A stretch of 64,000 nt of DNA. Source: an uncultured Clostridia bacterium (lineage in GTDB: Bacteria; Bacillota; Clostridia; Christensenellales; UBA1242). Every line of letters begins with the position of its first letter. Position 1 is the stretch's first letter. The DNA is taken from positions 22,529 to 86,528 of the forward strand of contig CAKVFH010000003.1 in the NCBI GenBank assembly GCA_934746515.1, read 5' to 3'. Shown here piece after piece: positions 35,197-45,173 of the stretch. The position numbers and the translations under genes are program-made. Below the pieces are notes generated by a model, which saw nothing but the letters and a program-made list of their open reading frames with translations, was not told the origin of the DNA and ran no database searches.

Positions 35197-37068
35197 ATGA
35201 AAAGTTTTAAAACGGAATCAAAGCGTATTTTGGATTTGATGATCAATTCAATTTACACTCACAAAGAGATATTTTTAAGAGAGCTTATATCAAACTGTTC
35301 AGATGCGATAGACAAGCTTTATTATAAGTCGCTATCTGAAAACTTGGGACTAAACAGGGAAGAGTTTGATATTAAAATCAAGGCTGACAAGGAAAAGAGA
35401 ATTCTTACCATTTCTGATAATGGCATTGGAATGACAGCTGAAGAGCTTGAAAACAACCTTGGCACGATTGCAAAAAGTGGCTCACTTGCATTTAAAAATG
35501 AAAAAGAAAAGAAAGAAGACATTGATATTATTGGACAATTTGGTGTTGGTTTTTATTCAGTTTTCATGGTTGCTGATAAAGTTGAAGTTTATTCAAAAGC
35601 TTACGGTGCAGACAAAGCTAATGTTTGGGTAAGTTCTGGTGCGGACGGCTATGAAGTTAAGTCTGCAGAAAAAGACACAAACGGAACAGATATTGTGATT
35701 TATCTCAAAGCTGACACTGAAGATGAAAAATATAGCGAGTTTTTGCAAGAATACAAACTTCGTGAACTTATAAAGCGTTATTCTGATTACATTCGTTATC
35801 CAATCAAGATTGAAGTTCAAAAGCCAGTTGCTTCTGGCGAAAAAACTGAGGATAAAAAGATTGAAACCAAAACTGAATGGGAAACCATAAACTCAATGGT
35901 TCCAATGTGGAAAAAATCTAAAAACGAACTTACTGATGAAGACTATAACAAATTTTATAAAGATATGTTCTACGACTATGAAGACCCATTCATGCACTTG
36001 CATTATTCAGTTGAAGGTGTGGTTGACTATAAGGCACTTTTGTTTATTCCAAAAAGATGCCCTGAAGCATATTTTTCAAAATATTTTGAGCGTGGCTTAA
36101 AACTTTATTCAAATGGTGTTTTAATCATGGATAAATGTAAAGAGCTTATTCCTGAATATTTTGGTTTTGTTCAAGGCTTGGTTGATAGTGAACTTTCGCT
36201 TAACATTTCTCGTGAAACAGTTCAGCATGATAGAGTGCTTCAAAAGATTGCTTCAAACATTGAAAAACAAATCAGAAAAGAGCTTGAAACAATGATGAGT
36301 GAAGATAGACCAAAATATGAAGAATTCTTCAAAAACTTTGGTTTGCAACTCAAGGTTGGAATTTACAATAACTGGGGCATGGATAAAGATAAACTCCAAG
36401 ACCTTATTTTGTATTATTCAATCAAGCAAGACAAACTTGTTTCATTCAAAGAATATGTTGATGCAATGCCAGAAAATCAAAAATACATTTATTATTGTGC
36501 TGGTGGTTCTATTGGTGCAATAAAGAAAATGCCACAAGTTGAAAAAGTGCTTTCAAGTGGTTTTGATGTTTTGTGCATGACTGATAATGTTGATGAATTT
36601 GCTATCAAATATATCATGAATTATAACGGCAAAGAATTTAAAAATGTCACCGACGGCGACAATGGTCTTGATAATAAAGATGAAGAAACCAAAGAAGAAG
36701 ATAAACCAATTCTTGAGTTTATTAAAAATGCGTTGGACGGCGAGGTTTTGGATGTTAAGTTTGCGTCAAATTTGGGAGCTCACCCTGTTTGCTTGCTAGC
36801 ACAAGGCGAAGTTTCAATTGAAATGGAAAAAGTTTTGAGAAATATGCCAAACACTGATGCAAATCAAGACATTCGCGCTAAAAAGATTTTGCAAATCAAT
36901 CGTGAACACAAAATCTTTGAAAAGATTAAATCGCTTTATGAGTCAAACAAAGATGACTTGAAAGAAGTTTCAAAGGTTCTTTTGGATGAAGCAAAACTTA
37001 TTGAAGGTTTGCCAATTGAAGATCCAGCAAAATTTGTTGAGCTTGCAACAAAATACATTTCTATGTAA
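35197..37068 (+). CDS. htpG: Molecular chaperone HtpG (Hsp90)
   Basis: ELISNCSDAIDK, GQFGVGFYS motifs; ATG 35197 after GAGGTG. Confidence 0.95.
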   Translation: MKSFKTESKRILDLMINSIYTHKEIFLRELISNCSDAIDKLYYKSLSENLGLNREEFDIKIKADKEKRILTISDNGIGMTAEELENNLGTIAKSGSLAFKNEKEKKEDIDIIGQFGVGFYSVFMVADKVEVYSKAYGADKANVWVSSGADGYEVKSAEKDTNGTDIVIYLKADTEDEKYSEFLQEYKLRELIKRYSDYIRYPIKIEVQKPVASGEKTEDKKIETKTEWETINSMVPMWKKSKNELTDEDYNKFYKDMFYDYEDPFMHLHYSVEGVVDYKALLFIPKRCPEAYFSKYFERGLKLYSNGVLIMDKCKELIPEYFGFVQGLVDSELSLNISRETVQHDRVLQKIASNIEKQIRKELETMMSEDRPKYEEFFKNFGLQLKVGIYNNWGMDKDKLQDLILYYSIKQDKLVSFKEYVDAMPENQKYIYYCAGGSIGAIKKMPQVEKVLSSGFDVLCMTDNVDEFAIKYIMNYNGKEFKNVTDGDNGLDNKDEETKEEDKPILEFIKNALDGEVLDVKFASNLGAHPVCLLAQGEVSIEMEKVLRNMPNTDANQDIRAKKILQINREHKIFEKIKSLYESNKDDLKEVSKVLLDEAKLIEGLPIEDPAKFVELATKYISM

Positions 37069-37154
37069 TTTGACGAAAATTGCTTGACAAACTTAATTTC
37101 ATCCGTCAAAAAGTTCGGAAAAGTGTGTGTTATATAAGTTATTTATAACTATTA

Positions 37155-37195
37155 GAAAAACTAGGGTTAAAAAAGCTCTAGTTTTTTCTTTTTTT
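37155..37195 (+). terminator. Rho-independent terminator after htpG
   Basis: GAAAAACTAG ... CTAGTTTTTT stem, then a T-rich run. Confidence 0.7.
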
Positions 37196-37325
37196 GTGTA
37201 AAAATCTGTTGACAAAAGTTCATTTTGACATTAGGTGTAAAAATTTAAAAAATTTAAAAAAAATCTTTTGAAATTTGATTTATTTATGCTAATATAGGCG
37301 AGTTCCGTTTTTTTTAGGAGGGTAT

Positions 37326-37856
37326 ATGAAGCGAAAAAAATTCAGAATTTTCATGATTACTTTTATAATTGTTTCGGTTTCTGTTTTGACAGGTTTTATG
37401 ATTAAAAACCTAGAAAAGAAGGATAAAGCTCCATCACAAACAGCTCACAATCAAGTGATTAGTGAAGGCATGACAAACAACAGTGAACAATCAGGAAAAG
37501 AAAACCTCGTTTATTATGTAAATGAAAATGCTGTTAGAAAAATAAAAACGACATCAAATGAAATCACAAAGTTTGTTGTTGAAGCAAAACTCTTTATCAC
37601 AAACACTGGTCCAAAAACAGCAACAATCGATCCTGATGCTTTTTCAGTTAGTTACGACACTGAAGGAACAGGACTTTTATACAAAATAAGCTATGGTGAC
37701 ATCGAAAAACCTGTTATCTTGGAAGCTGATTCAACAACATCAATCACATTCGTTGTTGAGTATGTTATAAAAGATGTTGAAAATTTTAATGACACAAAAA
37801 AGAAAACTTTAAAATTCAATTACATAGACGAACAAATTTTAGTTTGTTTGGTGTAA
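37326..37856 (+). CDS. Membrane-anchored hypothetical protein (possibly DUF4352-like beta-sandwich)
   Basis: AGGAGG RBS, N-terminal TM anchor, beta-rich C-terminal domain; family guess is weak. Confidence 0.65.
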   Translation: MKRKKFRIFMITFIIVSVSVLTGFMIKNLEKKDKAPSQTAHNQVISEGMTNNSEQSGKENLVYYVNENAVRKIKTTSNEITKFVVEAKLFITNTGPKTATIDPDAFSVSYDTEGTGLLYKISYGDIEKPVILEADSTTSITFVVEYVIKDVENFNDTKKKTLKFNYIDEQILVCLV

Positions 37857-37914
37857 TTGAATTTTTTTTATGTTTATGATTGCAAACTTTTTTAAAATGT
37901 ATTATATTTTAGTT

Positions 37915-38373
37915 ATGAAAATAAATATTGTGTGTGTGGGAAAGATTAAAGAAACTTTTTTCACCCAAGCGATAAATGAATATTTAAAACGGCTTTCGCG
38001 GTTTGCTGACATGAAAATTATAGAAGTTGATGAAGCAAGCAAAATTTCAAATTTGGAGCAGAAATCTAAAATTGAAGGCGAAAAACTCTTGGAAAAATGT
38101 TCAGGAACAATCGTTGCACTTGATGGTGGTGGAAAACTTTTGTCGAGCCCAGAAATCGCTGAATATATCCACAAAAAAGAAGTTCAAGGCACAAGCACAA
38201 TATCGTTTGTTATTGGTGGTTCGAACGGACTTTCAAAGGAAGTTTTGTCAAGGTCTGATTTGATTTTGTCTTTCGGAAAAATCACATTTCCGCATCAATT
38301 GTTTCGTGTCGTTCTCACTGAACAAATTTATAGGGCTTTCACGATTATAGATGGATTGCCTTATCACAAATAA
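37915..38373 (+). CDS. rlmH: 23S rRNA (pseudouridine1915-N3)-methyltransferase RlmH
   Basis: MKINIVCVGKIKE N-terminus, SPOUT C-terminus (FVIGGSNGL, SFGKITFPHQL); start moved to ATG 37915. Confidence 0.9.
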   Translation: MKINIVCVGKIKETFFTQAINEYLKRLSRFADMKIIEVDEASKISNLEQKSKIEGEKLLEKCSGTIVALDGGGKLLSSPEIAEYIHKKEVQGTSTISFVIGGSNGLSKEVLSRSDLILSFGKITFPHQLFRVVLTEQIYRAFTIIDGLPYHK

Positions 38374-38382
38374 AGGATTGTT

Positions 38383-40473
38383 ATGGAGTATAAATTCAGG
38401 CTATCAAAAATTCATTGCGCGGGCTGTGCACTGGCTTTAGAACAAAATTTGAATAACATTGAAGGCGTGAAAGCAGAAATCAATTTTGTAACTAAACAAT
38501 TAAAACTTAACATTGAAACCGAAACGCCAGCCGAAACTTTGACAATGGTTAAAATTGAGATATCAAAGTTTGACCATTCAATTGAACTTTTGGATTTTAA
38601 TGATGAAGAAAGCAGTTTGGGAAAAGAGAAAAAGCAAAGAATAATCAATATTTGCCGGTATTCCGGTTCAGTTTTATTGATGCTTCTTGCGCTTTTAATA
38701 AAGCCACTTTGGCTTAAAATTTCAGTGTTTGCGGTGTCTTACATTTTGTCGGCTTATGATGTTTTGTGGGGAGCGATATTAAATTTTCGTGGAAAAAACA
38801 TTTTTGATGAAAAATTCCTGATGTCAATCGCATCAATTGGTGCGTTTGTGATTGGTGAATATATTGAAGCAATCTGCGTTATGGTGCTTTACGGAATTGG
38901 TGAGATTTTTGAAAATCTTGCTGTTGATAAGTCTCGAAATCGTGTAAAGTCGCTTCTTCAAATAAAGCAACCTTATGCTAATGTTTATGATGGTGAAACC
39001 GACAGACAAGTCGATTTAAAGTATGTTGGTGTTGGGGCGCTTATTCATGTTAAGCCTGGCGAAAGAATTCCACTAGACGGAGTTGTTATTGACGGAACGA
39101 GCTATTTGGATGTTTCGGCAATCACCGGTGAATCGCGCGAAAAGGTTGTTTCAATTGGCGATGATGTTATTTCTGGTTCAATAAATGGCTCAAGCTTGCT
39201 TTTGGTTAAGGTCACAAAACTTGAAAAAGACAGCACTGTTTCAAAAATTATTGACATGGTGCAAAATGCAACGGAATCAAAGGCAAAGACTGAAAAATTC
39301 ATTTCTAAATTTTCAAAAATCTACACTCCAGCGGTTATTGTTTGCGCGCTTTTGCTTGCATTTATTCCGCCAATATTCTCTGGCTATAAAAACTTTGCGA
39401 GCTTTGCATATCGCGCGCTCTGTTTCTTGGTTGTTTCATGCCCATGCGCACTTGTTATTTCTGTTCCGCTAACATATTTTGCAGGTATTGGATCGCTAGC
39501 AAGAGTTGGTGTGCTTGTTAAGGGTGCAACATTTGTTGAATCGCTTGCAAAAACCGATGAAGTTATTTTTGATAAAACTGGAACACTCACAACTGGTGTG
39601 TTTGAAATTACTGAAATTTTTGCAACAAAGGAATCAAGTGAAGATGAAGTTTTGGAGCTTGCAGCTTATGCAGAAAATTTCTCTAACCACAAGATTGCAA
39701 AATCTATAAAAAAACTATATAATGAAAAACATTCAGACAAGCCAATCAATTCGGCATGGATTTCAGATTATAGCGAAATTGCAGGACAAGGCATTGAAGC
39801 GAATATTTTTGGTCAAGAAGTGCTTGTTGGAAATGCTGGGCTTATAAAAAAGCACGAGATAAGTTTCCCTGAAGTTCAGAAAGCTGGCACAGTTTTGCAT
39901 GTTTGCGCTGGCGGAACATATCTGGGATATATTGTTATTTGCGACCAAATAAAAAGAGATGCGCTTGATGCTGTCAGAAGCTTGAAAAAACTGAAATTAA
40001 GCGTTGATATGTCAACGGGAGATGAAAGTGGTTCAGCAATGCTTGTTGCTGATAAAATTGGCATTGACAATGTTTATTCAGGATTGTTGCCTGAAGGAAA
40101 GGTTGAAATTATAAAATCACGCACAGAGAAAGGCAAAACGGTTGCGTTTGTTGGTGATGGTATCAATGATGCTCCGTCGCTGGCAATGTCAAATGTTGGC
40201 ATTTCTATGGGTGGTTTTGGAACTGATGTCGCTGTTGAAGCATCAGATGTTGTTATTATGACAGACGAGCCAAGCAAGGTTGCTTTGGCTATCAAAAAAG
40301 CAAAGAAAACTCAAAAAATTGCTAAACAAAATATATTTGGTTCAATTGCTGTAAAACTTTTGATTTTGGGGTTGATAGGCTTTGGGTTTTCGGGAATGTG
40401 GCTGGCTGTTTTTGCAGATGTTGGTGTAAGTTTGCTGGCGGTGTTAAACAGTTTAAGAGCCATGCTAAAATAA
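38383..40473 (+). CDS. Heavy-metal-translocating P1B-type ATPase (Cd/Zn/Co-like)
   Basis: N-terminal CAGC metal-binding motif, TGES, CPC in TM6, DKTGTLT, GDGINDAP. Confidence 0.92.
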   Translation: MEYKFRLSKIHCAGCALALEQNLNNIEGVKAEINFVTKQLKLNIETETPAETLTMVKIEISKFDHSIELLDFNDEESSLGKEKKQRIINICRYSGSVLLMLLALLIKPLWLKISVFAVSYILSAYDVLWGAILNFRGKNIFDEKFLMSIASIGAFVIGEYIEAICVMVLYGIGEIFENLAVDKSRNRVKSLLQIKQPYANVYDGETDRQVDLKYVGVGALIHVKPGERIPLDGVVIDGTSYLDVSAITGESREKVVSIGDDVISGSINGSSLLLVKVTKLEKDSTVSKIIDMVQNATESKAKTEKFISKFSKIYTPAVIVCALLLAFIPPIFSGYKNFASFAYRALCFLVVSCPCALVISVPLTYFAGIGSLARVGVLVKGATFVESLAKTDEVIFDKTGTLTTGVFEITEIFATKESSEDEVLELAAYAENFSNHKIAKSIKKLYNEKHSDKPINSAWISDYSEIAGQGIEANIFGQEVLVGNAGLIKKHEISFPEVQKAGTVLHVCAGGTYLGYIVICDQIKRDALDAVRSLKKLKLSVDMSTGDESGSAMLVADKIGIDNVYSGLLPEGKVEIIKSRTEKGKTVAFVGDGINDAPSLAMSNVGISMGGFGTDVAVEASDVVIMTDEPSKVALAIKKAKKTQKIAKQNIFGSIAVKLLILGLIGFGFSGMWLAVFADVGVSLLAVLNSLRAMLK

Positions 40474-40492
40474 ATAAAATTAGGAGAAAACT

Positions 40493-42277
40493 ATGAATAT
40501 AAAGAAAACATTATTTGAAGCACTTAAAGAAGCTTTTTTGCATCTAAACTATTCGTTAGATGACATAACTTTGACAGTGTCTTCAAAAGAAGGGGCAGAC
40601 TTTCAATGCAATTCAGCATTTATGCTTGCAAAAAAAGAACAAACCAGCCCTGAAACTATTGCAAATGCAATTATTTCAAATTTAAAACAAGATATTGCAG
40701 ATGTGACATTCGCAAAGCCTGGTTTCATTAACTTTAAAATTAAAGACGAAGCGCTTTCGCTTGCGTTAAATTCAGCACTATCAAGCGAAAACTTGGGCGT
40801 TGAAAAAATTGAAAATCCAGAAACAATCGTCATGGACTATGGCGGTGCAAATGTTGCAAAAGAACTTCATATTGGTCACTTGCGTTCACCAGTTATCGGT
40901 GAAAGTTTTGCAAGACTTTATAAACTTTTGGGAAACAAAGTTATCACCGATACTCATCTTGGAGATTGGGGACTGCAAATGGGTCTCACAATTGCACAGC
41001 TTGAAGATGATGGTTATATTGACGGATTTTTTGACAAAACAAAAAAGAATAAGGAAATCACTCTTGATACATTAAATGAAGAATATCCAAAAGCTTCAAA
41101 GAGAAAAAATGTTGATGAAGAGTTCAGAAAAAAAGCTGAAACCTACACAAAATTTGTTCAAGACAAAAAAGAGCCTTACTGGACAATTTATAGCACCATT
41201 CGTGAGATTTCTGTGAAAAGAATCAAGGCAAATTATGAAAATTTGAACTGCTTCTTTGATTTGTGGTATGGCGAAAGCACTTGCGCAGAGTATGTTGAAA
41301 AAGTGGTTCAGATGTTTGTTGATAAGGGACTAACAAGAGTTCATGACGGCGCGTTGGTTGTTGATGTTGCAAGAGAAGGTGAGAATATTCCAATTGAAAA
41401 GAAAAACCCAGACGATCCACAACTTTACAAAAATCCAATGCCACCAGTTTATCTCAAAAAGAGCAATGGTGCAGATGTTTACGACACAACAGACATTGCG
41501 ACAATCTATCAAAGAAACATTGATTTTAATCCAGATAAAATCATTTATTTCACAGATAAAAGACAATATGTTCATTTTGAGCATTGCTTTAGAGCTGTTA
41601 AGCTTGCTGGCATTTCTCCAGAAAATCAAAAACTTGAATACATCGGTTTTGGCACAATCAATGGAACAGACGGCAAACCATTTAAAACAAGATCAGGCGA
41701 CACTATCAAACTTGAAGATATCATAAATCTTATTTCAAGCAGTGCAGAAAAGAAACTCAAAGAAAACGGCATTGAAGATACTGATGGCTCGCTCGCTCTC
41801 AAAATTGGTGTAGCTGCCATGAAGTTTGGAGACCTTTCAAACATTCCAAGTAAAGACTATATTTTTGATATTGACAAGTTCGCTTCTTTTGAAGGCAAAA
41901 CAGGACCATATATTCAATACACTGGGGCAAGAATCAACTCGCTTTTGAACAAAGCTGGGCTTTTTGGCAAAAAAGATTTCTTTGAAAACTTAAACTTAAT
42001 CGATATTTCTGACGATAACCAAAGAAACATTGCTCTCAATTTTATAAAACTTCAAGAAAGCTATTATTCTTGCTATAAAGACAATTCGCTAGTTGCACTT
42101 TGCAATTCTCTTTATGACTTTGCATCAAGCTTTTCAAAATTCTATAATGACACAAGAATTTTAACCGAAAAAGATGACAAAAAGAAAAATTCATATCTTG
42201 CACTTTGCTATCTTGTTTTGAAAACAATAAAGCAAGCATCAAGCATTTTAGCGTTTGAAATTCCTGATAAAATGTAG
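40493..42277 (+). CDS. argS: Arginine--tRNA ligase
   Basis: Class I HIGH (LHIGHLRS), ArgRS layout with a C-terminal DALR-type anticodon-binding domain. Confidence 0.95.
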   Translation: MNIKKTLFEALKEAFLHLNYSLDDITLTVSSKEGADFQCNSAFMLAKKEQTSPETIANAIISNLKQDIADVTFAKPGFINFKIKDEALSLALNSALSSENLGVEKIENPETIVMDYGGANVAKELHIGHLRSPVIGESFARLYKLLGNKVITDTHLGDWGLQMGLTIAQLEDDGYIDGFFDKTKKNKEITLDTLNEEYPKASKRKNVDEEFRKKAETYTKFVQDKKEPYWTIYSTIREISVKRIKANYENLNCFFDLWYGESTCAEYVEKVVQMFVDKGLTRVHDGALVVDVAREGENIPIEKKNPDDPQLYKNPMPPVYLKKSNGADVYDTTDIATIYQRNIDFNPDKIIYFTDKRQYVHFEHCFRAVKLAGISPENQKLEYIGFGTINGTDGKPFKTRSGDTIKLEDIINLISSSAEKKLKENGIEDTDGSLALKIGVAAMKFGDLSNIPSKDYIFDIDKFASFEGKTGPYIQYTGARINSLLNKAGLFGKKDFFENLNLIDISDDNQRNIALNFIKLQESYYSCYKDNSLVALCNSLYDFASSFSKFYNDTRILTEKDDKKKNSYLALCYLVLKTIKQASSILAFEIPDKM

Positions 42278-42880
42278 GTGAATATGGACAAACCAAGAAT
42301 TCTGCTTCATTCATGTTGCGCACCTTGCTCAACGGCTGTCATTGAAAGACTGAAAGATAATTATGAAATTGTGATTCTTTATTACAATCCGAACATCTAT
42401 CCAGAAGAAGAATATTTAAAGCGCAAAAATGAAGAGATAAAATATATAAATCATTTAAACGAAACTGACAAAGATATAAAAATATCAATGCTAGACGCAG
42501 ACTATGAAAGCGAAAAGTTTTATGAAGCCACCAAAGGCTATGAAAATGAGCGCGAAGGTGGGGCAAGATGCGCAATCTGTTTTAAACTTCGCTTGGAAAA
42601 AACCGCAAAACTTGCAAAAGAAAACGGCTTTGATTTGTTTGGCACAACTCTGACTGTTTCTCCGCACAAAAATGCTGAACTGATAAATTCAATAGGCTTG
42701 GCAATTGAAAAGGAAACAGGTGTAAAGTTTTTGGTGTCAAATTTCAAAAAACAAGACGGCTACAAATTGAGTATTGAGTTATCAAAACAGAACAATATTT
42801 ATCGTCAAAACTATTGTGGTTGCGAGTTCGCTCTCCGCATTCAACAAGAAGAAATGAAAAACCGAAATATCAACCATTAG
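42278..42880 (+). CDS. queH: Epoxyqueuosine reductase QueH (DUF208)
   Basis: LLHSCCAPCS and YCGCEF cysteine motifs. Confidence 0.88.
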   Translation: MNMDKPRILLHSCCAPCSTAVIERLKDNYEIVILYYNPNIYPEEEYLKRKNEEIKYINHLNETDKDIKISMLDADYESEKFYEATKGYENEREGGARCAICFKLRLEKTAKLAKENGFDLFGTTLTVSPHKNAELINSIGLAIEKETGVKFLVSNFKKQDGYKLSIELSKQNNIYRQNYCGCEFALRIQQEEMKNRNINH

Positions 42881-42949
42881 TGGCTGATATTTCTTTATAC
42901 TAAAATAATTTTTTGTTGCGATGTCATGGTAAATTAAATAGGAAAGATT

Positions 42950-43228
42950 ATGACAAAATATATTTTTGATAGAAATGAGTTTGTTAATTATGAAGAATTT
43001 TACACGCTCATGCAGAAAAAGATGAATTTACCAGAATGGTTTGGAAAAAATCCATCAGCTTTATGGGATATGCTTACAGGTTATATTGAATTTCCATGTA
43101 AAATAGTTTTGGTTGGATTTGGAAAAGAAATTAACGACAAAGATAAATTGCAAATAGGTTATATATTAAATGTGTTTAGAGAAGTTGAAAAACAATTTCC
43201 AAACGAATTTAAGGTTGAATTTAAATAA
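42950..43228 (+). CDS. Barstar family ribonuclease inhibitor
   Basis: LPEWFGKNPSALWDMLTGYIEFP closely parallels barstar [23 protein letters not shown]; 92 aa. Confidence 0.8.
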   Translation: MTKYIFDRNEFVNYEEFYTLMQKKMNLPEWFGKNPSALWDMLTGYIEFPCKIVLVGFGKEINDKDKLQIGYILNVFREVEKQFPNEFKVEFK

Positions 43229-43340
43229 TAGAATAGAAGATTTTTAAATAGTTTATGAATTACATAAATATTTAGAAGTTGAGATAATCACAGATTGATG
43301 TGGGTTTGATTACATTCAAAAACCTTGATTTGGAGACAAA

Positions 43341-43658
43341 ATGGATAAAATTATAATAGATAAAAAAGATTATGAAAGCTATGAAAAGTTTTACGAAGAT
43401 ATAGTGATAAAAATGGATGCGAAAAATGATTTGAATTGTTTAGACCCAGAGAATTTGAGTTATAACCCAAATCATTTATGGGAGCTTTTGGAAGATTACA
43501 ACGATGAGTCGATTACTTTTATATTTAAAAACTTTGATTTAGAAAAAATTAAAAATTATAAAACTCACGATGATTACGAATGGAGTATCATTGTTAAAGT
43601 TTTTGATAGGTTTGCAACAATGGTTCCAAACAATAAACTTGTGTTTGAAAATGAGTAA
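43341..43658 (+). CDS. Divergent barstar-like protein
   Basis: 105 aa; same spacing pattern (YESYEKFYEDI..., NPNHLWELLEDY..., ITFIFKNF) but much weaker similarity. Confidence 0.5.
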   Translation: MDKIIIDKKDYESYEKFYEDIVIKMDAKNDLNCLDPENLSYNPNHLWELLEDYNDESITFIFKNFDLEKIKNYKTHDDYEWSIIVKVFDRFATMVPNNKLVFENE

Positions 43659-43681
43659 ACTTAATTTTTTTTTTGATAAAA

Positions 43682-43717
43682 TAAAAAATCACTGATTTAG
43701 TTCAGTGATTTTATTTT
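43682..43717. terminator. Bidirectional terminator between convergent genes
   Basis: AATCACTGA / TCAGTGATT stem flanked by an A run and a T run. Confidence 0.7.
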
Positions 43718-43728
43718 GTTTAAATAAG

Positions 43729-44415
43729 TTATTGAATTTGGTCTTTTGTGATGAGTCCGCGTCTAACCATTTCGTCAAGGGCGAGTGTTACGCATTCGTC
43801 AGCGGTGTTTAGGCTTGAGTCAATCAAAAATGCGTTTTCACACATAATTAGTGGCGAAATTTCGCGGTGCATATCTTTATAGTCGCGGTCCTTAAGGTCT
43901 GCCAAAACTTGTTCATAAGTTACATTAGGGTCTTTTTCTGCATATTCTTTGAATCTGCGCTTTGCTCTTGTTTCAACACTGCAGTCGACATAAATTTTCA
44001 TGTCTGCGTTAGGGAAGATTACAGAACCAATGTCTCTGCCTTCCATAACAATGTTTTTGTTGTGGTTTTGAGTGTCTCTTTGAAGTTTGCGAACATATTC
44101 GCGAATATAAGGTTTGCAGGCATACTTTGCAACATTTGAAGAAATTTCTTCGTTGTGAAGCATATCTGCAACATCAATGCCGTCAAGAAGCATTGTGTTT
44201 TTTGCTCCGTCATAAGAATAGATGATTTCGGTGTGTTCAATCATATAATGAAGTTTGTCATCTTCAGTGTCTTTAATGTGAAGATTGAGTGCTTTTAAAG
44301 TGATTGTTCTATATAGTGAGCCTGCACTAAAAAATCCAAAATTAAGTTTTTTTGCAAGAGTCTTTGCGAGTGTTGATTTTCCAGAACCTGATGTTCCGTC
44401 AATTGCTATAATCAT
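43729..44415 (-). CDS. cmk: Cytidylate kinase
   Basis: IIAIDGTSGSGKST P-loop, Cmk layout, 228 aa. Confidence 0.93.
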   Translation of the reverse strand: MIIAIDGTSGSGKSTLAKTLAKKLNFGFFSAGSLYRTITLKALNLHIKDTEDDKLHYMIEHTEIIYSYDGAKNTMLLDGIDVADMLHNEEISSNVAKYACKPYIREYVRKLQRDTQNHNKNIVMEGRDIGSVIFPNADMKIYVDCSVETRAKRRFKEYAEKDPNVTYEQVLADLKDRDYKDMHREISPLIMCENAFLIDSSLNTADECVTLALDEMVRRGLITKDQIQ

Positions 44416-44520
44416 AAAATTCTCCTTTTACCGGTTATATGATATAATAAATGGTGCTATTTTCAAAACAAAATTCAATAATTATTTTGATTTTTGTTTA
44501 ATTTCATATATTATTTAATT

Positions 44521-45102
44521 ATGAGCAAAATAAATAAAAAGTTTAGCATTTTTAGATTTGTTTTAATTATTCTATTGCTTCCGATTGTGATAATTTGGCT
44601 AATTGTTAGAAAAATCAAAGCAAAAAGAGCGATAAACAGCGATAATATTGACATTTTTAATATTTCGCAAATCGACAGTTTGTCAGGTGAAGAGTTTGAA
44701 GAACTACTAAAAGAAATTTTCATTAAGCAGGGCTATGAAGTGGAGCTTACAAAAAAGAGCCATGACTATGGCGCTGACCTTGTTTTGAAAAAGAACGGCA
44801 GGCTTTCAATTGTGCAGGCGAAATGCTATGGGAAAAATATTGGAATAAAGGCTATTCAAGAAGTGATTTCTGCAAGAGTGCATTACGGCGCCGAAGAAAT
44901 GTTTGTTGCAACGAACAGATATTTTTCAAAAGATGCAATCGTGCTTGCCAGTGAGCATGGAGTTATCTTGATAGACAGAGATGTTGTAACAAGACTTGTT
45001 CGTGAATATTCGCCAAAATTAGAACTTAAAGAAAAGCGATTTGTGGCAACGGTTGATGAAGAAAAAAGAAAAATCATGCAAAAGTATAAATTTTGGATTT
45101 AA
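44521..45102 (+). CDS. Membrane-anchored restriction endonuclease (Mrr_cat, PD-(D/E)xK) domain protein
   Basis: N-terminal TM (FRFVLIILLLPIVIIWLIV), then GEEFEELLKEIF..., HDYGADLVL..., IVQAKCY nuclease core. Confidence 0.75.
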   Translation: MSKINKKFSIFRFVLIILLLPIVIIWLIVRKIKAKRAINSDNIDIFNISQIDSLSGEEFEELLKEIFIKQGYEVELTKKSHDYGADLVLKKNGRLSIVQAKCYGKNIGIKAIQEVISARVHYGAEEMFVATNRYFSKDAIVLASEHGVILIDRDVVTRLVREYSPKLELKEKRFVATVDEEKRKIMQKYKFWI

Positions 45103-45173
45103 TTTTTGTCTAACTTTTGCTTTTTGAGAGTAAAACAAACAGTGTTAGCATAAACTATTTTTGAGGTAAAATA

